DNA of 64,000 nucleotides from Lewinellaceae bacterium (GTDB taxonomy: Bacteria > Bacteroidota > Bacteroidia > Chitinophagales > Saprospiraceae). Shown in pieces: positions 17,983 through 28,604 of this stretch. The first letter of the stretch is position 1; each line of letters begins with the position of its first letter. The notes under the pieces were generated by a model. The model made no database searches. It was not told the origin of the DNA and saw nothing but the letters and a program-made list of their open reading frames with translations. The stretch lies in assembly GCA_020636355.1 (NCBI GenBank), contig JACJYB010000011.1, forward strand, positions 21,356 through 85,355. The letters run 5' to 3'. Position numbers and translations under genes: made by a program.

Positions 17983-18146
17983 GCGCTTAGGTTTTTGCAA
18001 AATTTCGGCAAAAATAAACATTCAAAGAGACAATCCAATTGAAATTGGCAGTTAACTCACTGGTTTTTAACTGAAAATACCATGCATTCATCGAACATTT
18101 TGCAGCCCAACTAGATAAGTTCTTACCTTGGTGTACCACCGGTACT

Positions 18147-19400
18147 ATGAAAATATATTTCAACATACTCATCGGAAGCATCACCCAGGCGTTTCAACAA
18201 CTTGCCTCGAATAAGATGCGTTCATTCCTTTCCCTTCTGGGGATATTAATTGGCATTCTCTGCATCATCCTGATCTTGTCTGCCGTAGATTCTCTCCAGG
18301 CGAATATCGAACAAAGCTTCGAAAAACTGGGACGTGATGTCCTCTATGTGGATCGCTTCCCATGGAATGAGGATCCAGGAGAAAACTTCTGGAAATATTC
18401 CAAAAGGCCCAACCCGGACTACAACGACTACAAGACCATAACGACAAAAGTCCATTCTGCCGAAATGGCCTCTCTGGCCGTATTCATGCCTACCAATGTG
18501 ATCAAATTCCGCAACAACAGCATCCGCGGAGCATACATGGCCGGTGTCACTTTTGAGTTCGGAGACATATTCAAACTGGAATTTGAGTCCGGAAGGTACT
18601 TCACCAATTTTGAGTTTGAAACCGGCTCAGACCGGGCTATCCTTGGCTACGAAATTGCAACGAGTCTTTTCCCTAATACCGACCCTGTAGGTAAATACAT
18701 CAACGTAAGGGGGCGAAAATTAATGGTTATCGGGGTCCTGAAGAAAGAAGGCAATAGCCTGGTAAATGTCATTCCTTTTGACCGGGCGGTGATCATCAGC
18801 TACAATCAGGCCCGGAAGATGATCAACATCAGTTCAAGAACTACCTGGGGAACGATGCTTAATGTGAAGGCAAACCCAGGCGTATCACTGGATGACCTCC
18901 GCGATGAGCTGACTGGTGTATTACGCGTCCACCGGCATCTAAAACCCATCGAAGATGATGACTTTTCCATCAACGAACTATCTACCTTAACAAATCTTCT
19001 GGCGCCGATTTTTAAGATTATGAGTTTAGTCGGATGGGTAATTGGTTTTTTTGCCATATTGGTGGGCATCTTTAGTGTAGCGAACATCATGTTCGTTTCG
19101 GTGAAAGAACGGACCAATCAGATCGGTGTCAAAAAAGCACTGGGTGCTCCCAGGCCGGTCATCCTGATCGAATTCCTGATTGAGTCCATCATCCTGTGCC
19201 TGGTAGGAGGAGCCCTCGGCCTGATCATTGTTTTCGGCATCACCGAGCTGGCCACCAAGCTGTCCGGATTTCATTTTTACCTGCCGGCAAAGAACATCAT
19301 CCTGGGTGTTTCCATGAGTGTGATTATCGGAGTGCTTAGTGGTATCATTCCAGCATGGCAAGCGGCACGCCTGGATCCGGTGGAGGCTATCAGATCCTAG
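18147..19400 (+). CDS. ABC transporter permease, MacB/FtsX family
   Basis: 417 aa. It has an N-terminal TM helix, a large periplasmic domain, and a C-terminal FtsX 3-TM module (...VKKALGA....I..QFL.ES...). Confidence 0.8.
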   Translation: MKIYFNILIGSITQAFQQLASNKMRSFLSLLGILIGILCIILILSAVDSLQANIEQSFEKLGRDVLYVDRFPWNEDPGENFWKYSKRPNPDYNDYKTITTKVHSAEMASLAVFMPTNVIKFRNNSIRGAYMAGVTFEFGDIFKLEFESGRYFTNFEFETGSDRAILGYEIATSLFPNTDPVGKYINVRGRKLMVIGVLKKEGNSLVNVIPFDRAVIISYNQARKMINISSRTTWGTMLNVKANPGVSLDDLRDELTGVLRVHRHLKPIEDDDFSINELSTLTNLLAPIFKIMSLVGWVIGFFAILVGIFSVANIMFVSVKERTNQIGVKKALGAPRPVILIEFLIESIILCLVGGALGLIIVFGITELATKLSGFHFYLPAKNIILGVSMSVIIGVLSGIIPAWQAARLDPVEAIRS

Positions 19401-19411
19401 TCTTCCGTCCA

Positions 19412-19443
19412 TAAAAAAACCCTGAACCGAAACCGGCCAGGGT
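19412..19443 (-). terminator. Rho-independent terminator of the infC-rpmI-rplT operon
   Basis: On the minus strand the stem ACCCTG/CAGGGT (with inner CCG/CGG pairing) is followed by T7. It lies 30 nt downstream of the rplT stop, between convergent genes. Confidence 0.6.
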
Positions 19444-19472
19444 CTTTATATCGCTTTAAGGATTTCCTTCCT

Positions 19473-19817
19473 TTATTTCACCCGATCAACAACCGCTTTA
19501 AACGCTTCCGGATGGTTGGTTGCCAAATCGGCAAGTACCTTCCGATTGAGTTGAATATCGGATCCAGCCAGTTTATGCATAAGCTGTGAATAATTCAACC
19601 CATTCATCCGGGCTGCTGCATTGATACGAGCAATCCACAGACGGCGGAAAACGCGTTTTTTATTGCGACGATCCCGGTAGGCATATTGCATACCTTTCTC
19701 CAGGGCGTTCTTGGCGACCGTATAAACCTTAGACCGTGCGCCAAAATAACCGCGAGCTGCTTTTAAGATTTTTTTTCTTCTTTTGCGGGAAGCTACCGCA
19801 TTGACTGAACGTGGCAT
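19473..19817 (-). CDS. rplT: 50S ribosomal protein L20
   Basis: 114 aa starting [29 protein letters not shown], the canonical L20 N-terminus. Confidence 0.95.
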   Translation of the reverse strand: MPRSVNAVASRKRRKKILKAARGYFGARSKVYTVAKNALEKGMQYAYRDRRNKKRVFRRLWIARINAAARMNGLNYSQLMHKLAGSDIQLNRKVLADLATNHPEAFKAVVDRVK

Positions 19818-19888
19818 GTGCTTTTGTTTTTAGTTCAATACAGGGACCTGACCGGTACTTGACCTGTATTCTCGTTAAAAAAATAGAA

Positions 19889-20083
19889 TCAGATATTCAG
19901 CATCCGCTTCACTCTTGCTTCATCGGCAGGACTGATCAGCGAAGACTGGACTAAACGCAATTTTCTCACTTTGGTTTTCTTCCGCATCAAGTGAGAATGG
20001 TTTGCGTGGAACCTTTTTAATTTTCCCGAGCCTGTTAGCTTAAAACGCTTCTTGGCACTGGAATGTGTTTTCATCTTTGGCAT
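19889..20083 (-). CDS. rpmI: 50S ribosomal protein L35
   Basis: [24 protein letters not shown] is the canonical L35 sequence. I chose the ATG at 20083 over the upstream GTG. Confidence 0.9.
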   Translation of the reverse strand: MPKMKTHSSAKKRFKLTGSGKLKRFHANHSHLMRKKTKVRKLRLVQSSLISPADEARVKRMLNI

Positions 20084-20190
20084 AACCACACGAATTTTAA
20101 GATGGAGTGCAAAGGTATAAAAAGTATTTGAATACTAAAGGTAAAACCTTACAAAGTAAAGCTTGTCCGACTACCTTTACCGATTGAAGA

Positions 20191-20784
20191 TTATTTCTTT
20201 TTGGATTCCTTTTTCGGGGAGATGATGACATGCATGCGTCGTCCTTCCATTTTTGGCGGCGAGTCCGGCGTACCAAACTCCTCCAATTCTTTTACAAATC
20301 GCTCAAGCAAGTCACCTCCACGATCCTTATAGACGATGGTCCGTCCTTTGAAATGGACATAGGCTTTAACCTTGGCCCCTTCTTCCAGGAACTTTTTGCT
20401 ATGGCGCAATTTGAACTCAAAGTCGTGATCATCGGTATTGGGTCCAAAGCGTACTTCCTTGATGACCGTCTTGGCAGTATTTGCTTTAATCTCCTTTTCT
20501 TTCTTTTTCCGGAGATAAAGGAATTTCTTAAAATCAATTATTCTACAGACAGGAGGATTTGCATTAGGTGAAATCTCGACTAAATCCAAGCCTACCTGTT
20601 CAGCCCATTTCAGGGCCTGGTAGGTGTTGTAAATGCCTGTTTCTATTTTAGCTCCTATCTCTCCACTGATTGTCTCCAGATTATCCCCGACGAGGCGTAT
20701 TTCCCGAACGCGGATCTGATCATTTACACGGTAACCTGCATTATCCTGTTGCGGCGGCTTCCTGTAGTTGGTTTCTCTTGCCAA
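20191..20784 (-). CDS. infC: Translation initiation factor IF-3
   Basis: 197 aa with INDQIRVREIRLVGDN... plus the C-terminal domain. There is no in-frame ATG near the N-terminus. The frame opens with TTG (20784), with two in-frame ATT codons just upstream (20796, 20793). Confidence 0.9.
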   Translation of the reverse strand: MARETNYRKPPQQDNAGYRVNDQIRVREIRLVGDNLETISGEIGAKIETGIYNTYQALKWAEQVGLDLVEISPNANPPVCRIIDFKKFLYLRKKKEKEIKANTAKTVIKEVRFGPNTDDHDFEFKLRHSKKFLEEGAKVKAYVHFKGRTIVYKDRGGDLLERFVKELEEFGTPDSPPKMEGRRMHVIISPKKESKKK

Positions 20785-20815
20785 ATGTTTAATAATTTAA
20801 TGACTAAAAAGTGTA

Positions 20816-20823
20816 CAAAAATA
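20816..20823 (-). promoter_or_regulatory. Candidate Bacteroidota -7 promoter box (TAttTTTG) for infC
   Basis: The minus strand reads TATTTTTG about 30 nt upstream of the infC start, matching TAnnTTTG. Confidence 0.35.
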
Positions 20824-20930
20824 CAACTTATTAAGGGAATTGCTTACCTGTAAGTTCCAACAATAGTGCAAAAATCTTGCTAACATCCTTATACCAGGAT
20901 GAGCAATTCTGATGCCATATAGTATATCTG

Positions 20931-23474
20931 CTAATTTTCCTGGATATCAGATGATTCTACTTTATTAACCAATACGATACGCACACCTTCCTTATCAGCG
21001 GTAAGCACCGCCTCCAGCTGGGCACCTTCTTCCGGATTCTGTTGTAAAATGAATTCAGCCAGCGGGTCTTCCAGGTATTTCTGAATGGCACGATGTAATG
21101 GTCTTGCACCGTACTGAGGATCATATCCTTTATCGGCGACAAAATCTTTAGCTTCCTCGGAAAGGGTAAGTGTATAACCCATCAAGCTCAAGCGCTTGTA
21201 CAGATCCTTCAAGGTGATGTCTATGATCTGGTGGATTTGTTCTTTATCCAACGCATTGAAAATCACAACGTCGTCAATACGGTTCAGGAATTCAGGAGAG
21301 AATGTACGTTTCAGCGCCGTTTGAATCACACTTCTCGTATTCTCTTCTGCGGCCTCGACTCTGGCTTTGGTGGCAAATCCTACCCCTTGACCAAAATCTT
21401 TCAGTTGCCTGACACCGATATTTGAGGTCATAATAATCAGCGTATTCTTGAAGTCCACTTTGCGACCCAATCCATCGGTTAACTGACCATCATCCAAAAC
21501 CTGCAACAGGATGTTGTAAACGTCCGGATGTGCTTTCTCGATCTCATCTAACAAAATAACTGAATAGGGCTTTCTGCGTACTTTTTCGGTGAGCTGTCCA
21601 CCTTCTTCGTAACCTACATATCCGGGAGGCGCTCCGATTAATCGTGAGACGGAAAATTTCTCCATGTATTCACTCATATCGATGCGAATCAGGGCATCCT
21701 CGGTATCAAACAGATATCTGGCCAGTGCTTTGGCCAACTCCGTCTTCCCGACCCCTGTTGGCCCCAGGAAAATAAATGAACCAATCGGCTTTTTCGGGTC
21801 TTTCAAACCGACCCGGTTGCGCTGGATGGCTTTTGATACTTTGGTGATGGCTTCATCCTGACCAATGATCAACTCTTTCAGATCTTTGGTCATATGGACC
21901 AGCCGATTACTTTCACTCTGAGCAACCCGCTTAACCGGAATGCTGGTCATCATACTCACCACCTCAGCAATATCTTCTTCCGAGACCGGATAACGCTTAG
22001 CGCGTGATTCTTCTTCCCACTCCTCTTTTGCTTTCTCCAATTGCCGTTGTAGGCGGGATTCGTAGTCACGCAGATCAGCAGCTTGTTCGTACTGCTGGTT
22101 CTTGACCGCCATGTTTTTGTTTTCCTTAGCCTCTTCGATCTTTTTCTCCAGTTCTTCGATGTGCTTGGGAACATGGATGTTCTTCAGGTGCACCCGAGCG
22201 CCGACCTCATCGAGTACGTCGATCGCTTTGTCCGGGAGAAATCGGTCGGAAATGTACCGGTCGCTTAACATAACGCAGGCTTTGATGGCCTCCTCAGAGT
22301 AAGTCACGTTATGAAACTCCTCGTATTTCGCTTTGATATTGGTCAATATGCTAATGGCTTCCTCTGCACTTGGCGGATCCACGATAACTTTCTGAAAACG
22401 GCGATCCAGCGCTCCGTCTTTTTCAATATGCTGACGGTACTCGTCCAGCGTGGAGGCACCGATGCATTGCAATTCGCCGCGCGCCAAAGCAGGCTTGAAG
22501 ATGTTGGAAGCATCCAGCGAACCGGTTGCTCCACCGGCACCAACTATGGTATGGATCTCATCAATGAACAGAATCACATCCCGTGACTTTTCCAGTTCGT
22601 TCATGATCGCCTTCATGCGTTCTTCAAACTGCCCACGGTACTTGGTACCGGCAACCAGGGCTGCCAGGTCAAGCATCACGATACGTTTATTGAACAACGT
22701 CCTGCTCACTTTGCGCTGCATAATCCGCAATGCAAGCCCTTCTACGATAGCCGTTTTTCCGACTCCGGGCTCACCGATCAGGATTGGATTGTTCTTCTTC
22801 CGGCGGCTCAGGATTTGCGAGACCCGCTCGATTTCCTCTTCGCGTCCAATAATGGGATCGAGTTTGTCTTCTTCCGCCAGACGGGTTATGTCACGGCCGA
22901 AGTTGTCAAGGACAGGCGTCTTGGATTTCGGATTGGCTTTTTTGTATTTGGTTGAGCTTTCTTCCTCCATGGGAATGTCTGAGTCGGAAGAAGCCTGACT
23001 GTAGAAATCGGATTTTGAAAATTCCTGTTCCTGGCTGACGTATTCGAGCTCGGACTTATAGGATTCATAGTCTACATCAAATTCTTCCAGGATCCTGGAG
23101 GCGAGATTGTCCTTATGCTTGAGTATGGATAACATGAGATGTTCCGGACTGATCTCTTCATTCTTGAGCACTTTGGCTTCCAGAAAAGTAAGCTTCAGTA
23201 CTTTTTCAGCTTGTTTGTTTAAGTCGATGCTGCCCAACTTGATGCGGGAATCGGAGAGATTGCTTTTTGGCGGAATCTGTTCCTCAATCTTAAACTTCAA
23301 TTCTGAAAAATCAACGTCCATAAAATCAAGGACCTTGACTGCCAAAATATCTTTATCGTGGAGCATGCCCAGCAGCAGATGTTCCGTACCGATGTAGTCG
23401 TGCCCAAGACGGACGGCTTCCTCACGGCTTAAACCTAAAATCTTTTTCACTTCTGATGAAAACTTGCTGTTCAT
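20931..23474 (-). CDS. clpC: ATP-dependent Clp protease ATP-binding subunit ClpC (class I AAA+)
   Basis: 847 aa. It has Clp_N repeats ([13 protein letters not shown]), two Walker A sites ([16 protein letters not shown]) and a UVR-like linker. Confidence 0.9.
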   Translation of the reverse strand: MNSKFSSEVKKILGLSREEAVRLGHDYIGTEHLLLGMLHDKDILAVKVLDFMDVDFSELKFKIEEQIPPKSNLSDSRIKLGSIDLNKQAEKVLKLTFLEAKVLKNEEISPEHLMLSILKHKDNLASRILEEFDVDYESYKSELEYVSQEQEFSKSDFYSQASSDSDIPMEEESSTKYKKANPKSKTPVLDNFGRDITRLAEEDKLDPIIGREEEIERVSQILSRRKKNNPILIGEPGVGKTAIVEGLALRIMQRKVSRTLFNKRIVMLDLAALVAGTKYRGQFEERMKAIMNELEKSRDVILFIDEIHTIVGAGGATGSLDASNIFKPALARGELQCIGASTLDEYRQHIEKDGALDRRFQKVIVDPPSAEEAISILTNIKAKYEEFHNVTYSEEAIKACVMLSDRYISDRFLPDKAIDVLDEVGARVHLKNIHVPKHIEELEKKIEEAKENKNMAVKNQQYEQAADLRDYESRLQRQLEKAKEEWEEESRAKRYPVSEEDIAEVVSMMTSIPVKRVAQSESNRLVHMTKDLKELIIGQDEAITKVSKAIQRNRVGLKDPKKPIGSFIFLGPTGVGKTELAKALARYLFDTEDALIRIDMSEYMEKFSVSRLIGAPPGYVGYEEGGQLTEKVRRKPYSVILLDEIEKAHPDVYNILLQVLDDGQLTDGLGRKVDFKNTLIIMTSNIGVRQLKDFGQGVGFATKARVEAAEENTRSVIQTALKRTFSPEFLNRIDDVVIFNALDKEQIHQIIDITLKDLYKRLSLMGYTLTLSEEAKDFVADKGYDPQYGARPLHRAIQKYLEDPLAEFILQQNPEEGAQLEAVLTADKEGVRIVLVNKVESSDIQEN

Positions 23475-23857
23475 AAATAGTTTACCTGTTGTTTATTTGG
23501 CTCGCACTCCGTCAAAACCAAAGATCACAATTATTTTACAAAAAGTGAGAATTAATCCCACTGTTAACCCAACAAAAACATGCCAAACTGGTTCGAACTG
23601 ACAATTTGTCTTGATATTCTAACATCGTAAGGGCACCAGAATCACCCACTTTAACCAGGTTTAATAGAAATATAACATATTAAGATTAAATCAAATGTAT
23701 AATCGCTATCATTTACAACGGTTCTTTCCCGTTCTTACCCCTAATCAGCACGTTTTGACCGAAAGGAATGGATCCTTCATCCTGCTTTCTGAATGCCTGA
23801 AGACAAAAGATGAGGATTTGAAGTAAGGATGGGTGGTCCATATTATTAGAATTCCAT

Positions 23858-23865
23858 TATTTTTG
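23858..23865 (+). promoter_or_regulatory. Candidate -7 promoter box (TAttTTTG) for the STAS-rnz genes
   Basis: TATTTTTG lies 22 nt upstream of ATG 23887. Confidence 0.3.
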
Positions 23866-23886
23866 CACGCGATAAAGTAATAGTAT

Positions 23887-24279
23887 ATGAAATTCTCTCT
23901 GGATAAACAGGATAAGTACTCCGTCTTGACTTTAGACGAAGAAAATTTGAATTCCCTGATAGCCCCGAACCTGAAATCGGAGTTTGTTTTTATGCGCAAC
24001 GAAGGCGTACGCAATCTTATCTTCGATTTGTCCAAAGTTGCTTATGTTGACTCTTCAGGATTGAGCTCAATCCTTACGGCCAACCGGATCTGGAAAGACT
24101 ATGGCTCTTTCATCCTCACTGGGATCGTCCATCCCGCGGTGAAAAAATTGATTGAGATCTCCAGGCTGGAGTCCATTCTCACAATCATACCGACGCTGCA
24201 GGAAGCAATAGATTATGCCATGATGGAAGAACTGGAGCGCGAAATCGGGGCCGAAGAGGAAGAAGCCACTGACAATTAA
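23887..24279 (+). CDS. STAS-domain protein (anti-sigma-factor antagonist-like)
   Basis: 130 aa. It has the SpoIIAA-like pattern with the conserved VDSSGLS phospho-serine motif and an acidic tail. Confidence 0.8.
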   Translation: MKFSLDKQDKYSVLTLDEENLNSLIAPNLKSEFVFMRNEGVRNLIFDLSKVAYVDSSGLSSILTANRIWKDYGSFILTGIVHPAVKKLIEISRLESILTIIPTLQEAIDYAMMEELEREIGAEEEEATDN

Positions 24280-24282
24280 TCT

Positions 24283-25200
24283 ATGGAAGTTACTATCCTG
24301 GGAAATAACTCGGCTGTTCCGGCCCACCACCGCCATCCCACTTCCCAGGTGATTAAAATCAAACATCACGCCTTCCTCCTGGATTGTGGAGAGGGAACAC
24401 AAATGCGGATGATCGATTATTCCATTAAAAGGAGCAGGATCAAACACATTTTTATTTCCCATCTGCATGGCGATCACTTTTTCGGTTTGCCCGGTGTAGT
24501 CACTTCCTTTAATCATATGGGACGTAAGGATGACTTGCACATTTACGGCCCGAAAGGATTAAAAGCAATTCTTGAACTAATCCTGGCAGCAGGTGATGTC
24601 CCCCTGCAATATGCACTCCATTTTCACGAATTGAAATCCGGGTTCAACCAATTGATGAGCCATGAAGACTACGAAGTCTGGTCATTTCCGGTGCAGCATC
24701 GCATCCCCACCTGGGGCTTTGTTTTTAAAGAAGTCTTCAGCAAACCGAATGTCATCAAGGCCTACATCGATACGTACGGCTTAACGATTGCTGATATCAA
24801 AGCATTAAAAGCAGGAAACGATATCCAGCTGGCTGACGGACGCTGGATACGCGTTGCGGAAGCAACATCGCCCCCACCACCCTCTAATGTATATGCTTAT
24901 TGCAGCGACACCCTTTACGATGAAGATCTGGTACCCTACATCGAAGGTGCAGACACCCTCTACCACGAGTCTACTTTTACGGAAGAATTCCGCGAAAAAG
25001 CTGCCATGACGAAACACAGCACCGCCGCAGAAGCAGCCCGGATTGCTGCCTTGGCAGGGGTCCAGCAATTACTGTTAGGTCATTATTCCAGCCGGTTTGG
25101 CGATCTTACGCCACTGCTCGAGGAAGCCACAGCGATCTTCCCCAATACCCTGCTGAGTATAGAAGGACAAACGTATTCCATAACAAAAGGCAAAAAATAG
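24283..25200 (+). CDS. rnz: Ribonuclease Z
   Basis: 305 aa metallo-beta-lactamase fold with HLHGDH. The N-terminus MEVTILGNNSAVP...LLDCGEGTQ is typical of RNase Z. Confidence 0.9.
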   Translation: MEVTILGNNSAVPAHHRHPTSQVIKIKHHAFLLDCGEGTQMRMIDYSIKRSRIKHIFISHLHGDHFFGLPGVVTSFNHMGRKDDLHIYGPKGLKAILELILAAGDVPLQYALHFHELKSGFNQLMSHEDYEVWSFPVQHRIPTWGFVFKEVFSKPNVIKAYIDTYGLTIADIKALKAGNDIQLADGRWIRVAEATSPPPPSNVYAYCSDTLYDEDLVPYIEGADTLYHESTFTEEFREKAAMTKHSTAAEAARIAALAGVQQLLLGHYSSRFGDLTPLLEEATAIFPNTLLSIEGQTYSITKGKK

Positions 25201-25209
25201 AAGTTCAAC

Positions 25210-25239
25210 TTGCCAAAAATGAAATGGTTTGTATCTTTG
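25210..25239 (+). promoter_or_regulatory. Candidate promoter of tRNA-Lys (-33 TTG / -7 TAtcTTTG)
   Basis: TTG at 25210-25212 and TATCTTTG at 25232-25239 are separated by 19 nt. The -7 box lies 27 nt upstream of the mature tRNA 5' end. Confidence 0.4.
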
Positions 25240-25265
25240 CAGTCGCTTTGCAAGAAAAGTTGCAC

Positions 25266-25341
25266 GATCGTGTAGCTCAGCCGGTAGAGCAACGGCCTTT
25301 TAAGCCGTGGGCCCTGGGTTCGAGTCCCAGCACGATCACCA
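25266..25341 (+). tRNA. tRNA-Lys (anticodon UUU) with genomically encoded CCA
   Basis: I folded the cloverleaf by hand. The acceptor stem is GATCGTG/CACGATC, the D arm GCTC-AGCCGGTA-GAGC, the anticodon arm ACGGC-CTTTTAA-GCCGT, and the T arm CTGGG-TTCGAGT-CCCAG. The discriminator is A, followed by CCA. Confidence 0.9.
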
Positions 25342-25372
25342 AGCCATCTTCATCAGGAGATGGCTTTTTTTA
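25342..25372 (+). terminator. Rho-independent terminator after tRNA-Lys
   Basis: A perfect 8-bp stem AGCCATCT/AGATGGCT with an 8-nt loop, followed by T7. Confidence 0.75.
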
Positions 25373-25395
25373 TTCCTTGACTACCAGATTTAATT

Positions 25396-25836
25396 TCAGG
25401 CCGGTTTAGGCCAAAGTACGACATCAACCCGGCGGTTTCTCCGCCTCCCTTCCCAGGATTCATTATTAAACTGTGGATCGAAGAGACCATGGTCCCGGAT
25501 GAAGATGATGTTTTCAGGAACAAGATGATCAAGCAATACATCCCGTACCGCTTCACTCCGCATTTTTGATAACCACTCGTTGTACTCTATACCTCCGATG
25601 TTATCCGTATGGCTGTGAATATGGATCTCGTAGTTTTCCAGAATCACACCGCTCAGAAACAAATACAATGCGGACTTCTGATCGTCATCAATGTAATAGC
25701 TGCCTCCCCCGAAATAGATCGATTGGATCAGGTAGGGCTGATTTTCACCAGGTATTTCAGAATTCTGCCCTCGTGCGACTTGTTGAAATAATCCAATGAA
25801 AAAGAACCCAAAAGCGATGAGATGCATGCGGTTCAT
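25396..25836 (-). CDS. OmpA-family (OmpA/MotB C-terminal domain) protein
   Basis: 146 aa with a signal peptide. It has OmpA-like motifs HTD..G....N..LS..R and RRNRRVDVVL. Confidence 0.8.
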   Translation of the reverse strand: MNRMHLIAFGFFFIGLFQQVARGQNSEIPGENQPYLIQSIYFGGGSYYIDDDQKSALYLFLSGVILENYEIHIHSHTDNIGGIEYNEWLSKMRSEAVRDVLLDHLVPENIIFIRDHGLFDPQFNNESWEGRRRNRRVDVVLWPKPA

Positions 25837-25960
25837 CCTTTTAAATTACAAGGATTTATCCAACATGTCCAGTCCTTTCGCAAAAAAGGCTGGGAATAGC
25901 CTGCCGGAAGCAATCGCCTGACGGTCTGTCCGGCTTAAATTTAACTGTAGAGGACAGATC

Positions 25961-28594
25961 CTATTCTTGTGCCTTCTCTATGCCGATCTCATCGACAAAC
26001 AGCCAACACGGAGCACCCGGTGACACATGCCACTCCGGATTCTTTCCAACGTTCTTGGCCAAAACACGAATGAATTTCACCGGCATGTCAGGAAACTGAA
26101 AGGAAGCGGTTTTAATCTGTACATCAGCTTCATCCTGTTCCAGTGGCCAGTTTACTTTTCCGATGGTGGTGTAGTGCTTGCCATCTTCCGATGCTTCTAC
26201 TTTCACTTCCGTAGGATAAAAGATCCAGGATGTTTGGCTTTCAAGAAAGGAGATGTTTAATGATTTTAATGAAGTCATTGAGCCCAGTTCAAGCGTAGCA
26301 TTCAGATCTTTACCGACAAATCCCAGCCATTGCCCATCACGGAAGTTCTCCGATCCCGACTGGTGGTCAACCAATGTAACCGGGCCTGATCCGGCGTATT
26401 GAGGCGAATAGGATTCTTCGAACGATACTTTTTCGACAAATCCGTCGTGGACATAAAGCTGCTTTTCAAAAACAGGTCCTGCTTCATTCCCGTCTATGAC
26501 CCGAGCTTTTAATGTTCCGGAGTGATCCATAAAAACCGGAACCTGATAGATGGTCGAAGTTGCTATTGGATCCGAACCATCGGTTGTAAAGACGATTTCC
26601 TCCCCGGGAATTACCGTAGCGAGGGTTATTGTTCTGATCGTGCCAAATGGGTTGTTATCCGGAATAAACACAATGCGCTTGGGCAGTTCGATGATTCCGG
26701 CAAGCTCCCTGTCAAATTTTTCCAGATTTTTATCCAGGTAATAGGACCGGTTTTCTGCTTTATACAACAATTGATATTTCGACCGGATTTTCAGCAAAGT
26801 GCCTCTTAAATTGGTCAGCAAGCGATCCATTTGTCCTGCATTGACCGTGCCATCAAGCAGGTGATCGGCTAGATATCGCTGCACCATGCGCTTCTGCAAT
26901 ATCCAGTTGATCCATTCCAAAGCAAGCTCAGCGGCTACCGTACTGTTAATTTGATTGTGGTTTATGACCTGGATGTCCTTTAATTCTTTCTGCAAGGCAT
27001 TGGTCTGTAGCGTAGCTTCCTGGATGTCTGCAGCAGAATATGGAAAGTCGAGTTGAATGAGGTCTTCCCAGGTTATGGCATTGTACAATCCAGCGATTAC
27101 CGGAAATTTACCCAGATCCGTAATATCAAAAAACAGCTTGCCAAAACTTTTCTCCGGCAATTGATAAAACTCACGGTCAAATAATTGGATGAACTCACGC
27201 CTAGAGGCGGTATCTGCCGGATCCCTGGGACTCCAGCATTGAGCCGCTCCCCAAACCAGAGGCATCCAGGTATCTTCAAACAGGCTCATACCGTCATCAT
27301 CCCACGTTGTCAGGATAACCCCTTCTGTCCCTGTCTGATAACCATCCCAAACAAATTGTCCGATATTCGCGAATGCCGTTTCCATATTTGGCCAGATTCG
27401 TCCCCAATTACTCACTCCCGGAGCGACAAAAAATGGAAAGCCGGCAGCTTTTATCGGATCTATTTCAGCTCGATAGGAAGGCAATGCAGCATAGTCCCAG
27501 GGAACCATGATGATGTCTTTGGGAAGTTGATCCAGGATCTCCGGACTGTGCAAGGCCACATCACCCCACATCATTACTTGCTTATCATAGGGTTTAAGCA
27601 ACTCATAAACTTTATTGATGTGACTGGTATAAATTTCCGCTTTTGATTGGGTGGCGAGCATTGCTTTTGCCGGTCCGGTTCCCAAGCCACTCACTTCATC
27701 ACAATTAATCAGAAAGTAAGGCGACGGATAATCCGGTACGATTTCAGCATACCAATCCTTAAGTAAAGAATACGTTCCTTCCACTGCGGGGGACAACACG
27801 CCCGGGGTTTCTGCTAAATCCGCATAGGCCGGCACCCGAAGCACTTTATCCATATGGCCGAATGATTGCTGATTACCAATAATGTCCACATGATATTGTT
27901 TGCCATAGGCAACCAGCTCACGAAGTTCCGTTTCGGTCAATCCATCCGGTGGAGCAATATCCGGGTGACTTTTGTATTTATAGACATTCTCCGTATATAA
28001 AGTCAGGGCATTCAGCTTATACTGGGACAATCGCTTGATCTCCTCTTTCAGGAAATCCATATTCGGTATCGGCCCTCTGCTTATATCATCCTGCCAAACC
28101 CTAACTTTGATGGTGGGATAGTCTACAATGGTAAGACAGGGTATCAGCAGCCTTTTGTTTTGTTGCAGCAATTGCTTTAAGGTGACCATCGCATAAAAAA
28201 TACCCTGATCGGTATTCGCCAGGACAGTAATGTGCTTGATATCTACCTTGATCACATAGCCCTGGTCTCCGATTTCCTCAAGTTCCCCGGCAAATTCGGA
28301 ATCCAGATGTTTGTTCTGCCCACTTTTTGCAATTATAAGCTTAGCCTGGCCTTTGCCGGATGGAACAGGTGAAATGGTCCTAAAAGCATCTAAAACCACG
28401 TGACATTGAGCTAATGCAACCTGGTTATTGGGGGACGGTTTCCCTTCAAAACTATACCCGAAATCTGGTTTGGCAAGGAATAACTCGCCTTCCTGATAGG
28501 TAATCGACTTGAGTTCCGGTAAAAACTGGAATGGCTGGGCGACCAGAGTCGATAAACTAAGGCTCAACCACAGAATCACAGGCAATCCACGCAT
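25961..28594 (-). CDS. GH20-family beta-N-acetylhexosaminidase-like enzyme with a C-terminal CHB_HEX_C-like plus discoidin-like module
   Basis: 877 aa with a signal peptide. It has a GH20b-like N-domain and a TIM-barrel segment with ...QQSFGH... and ...INCDEV (Asp-Glu pair). The C-terminal FTTDGSDP... motif is followed by a jelly-roll-like domain. The catalytic motifs diverge from textbook GH20 (HxGGDE), so the family call is moderate. Confidence 0.6.
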   Translation of the reverse strand: MRGLPVILWLSLSLSTLVAQPFQFLPELKSITYQEGELFLAKPDFGYSFEGKPSPNNQVALAQCHVVLDAFRTISPVPSGKGQAKLIIAKSGQNKHLDSEFAGELEEIGDQGYVIKVDIKHITVLANTDQGIFYAMVTLKQLLQQNKRLLIPCLTIVDYPTIKVRVWQDDISRGPIPNMDFLKEEIKRLSQYKLNALTLYTENVYKYKSHPDIAPPDGLTETELRELVAYGKQYHVDIIGNQQSFGHMDKVLRVPAYADLAETPGVLSPAVEGTYSLLKDWYAEIVPDYPSPYFLINCDEVSGLGTGPAKAMLATQSKAEIYTSHINKVYELLKPYDKQVMMWGDVALHSPEILDQLPKDIIMVPWDYAALPSYRAEIDPIKAAGFPFFVAPGVSNWGRIWPNMETAFANIGQFVWDGYQTGTEGVILTTWDDDGMSLFEDTWMPLVWGAAQCWSPRDPADTASRREFIQLFDREFYQLPEKSFGKLFFDITDLGKFPVIAGLYNAITWEDLIQLDFPYSAADIQEATLQTNALQKELKDIQVINHNQINSTVAAELALEWINWILQKRMVQRYLADHLLDGTVNAGQMDRLLTNLRGTLLKIRSKYQLLYKAENRSYYLDKNLEKFDRELAGIIELPKRIVFIPDNNPFGTIRTITLATVIPGEEIVFTTDGSDPIATSTIYQVPVFMDHSGTLKARVIDGNEAGPVFEKQLYVHDGFVEKVSFEESYSPQYAGSGPVTLVDHQSGSENFRDGQWLGFVGKDLNATLELGSMTSLKSLNISFLESQTSWIFYPTEVKVEASEDGKHYTTIGKVNWPLEQDEADVQIKTASFQFPDMPVKFIRVLAKNVGKNPEWHVSPGAPCWLFVDEIGIEKAQE

Positions 28595-28604
28595 AACAAA
28601 GGTT

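Noticed and set aside
22450-22998. 182-aa plus-strand ORF, and several 60-96-aa ORFs between 21231 and 23397.
   Set aside because: All are antisense within clpC. They are Ser/Arg/Pro-rich, low-complexity translations with no independent support.
23745-24035. 96-aa minus-strand ORF spanning the clpC/STAS intergenic region.
   Set aside because: It overlaps the start of the STAS gene and its candidate promoter. It has no motifs, and its lysine/serine/phenylalanine-rich composition fits translated AT-rich DNA.
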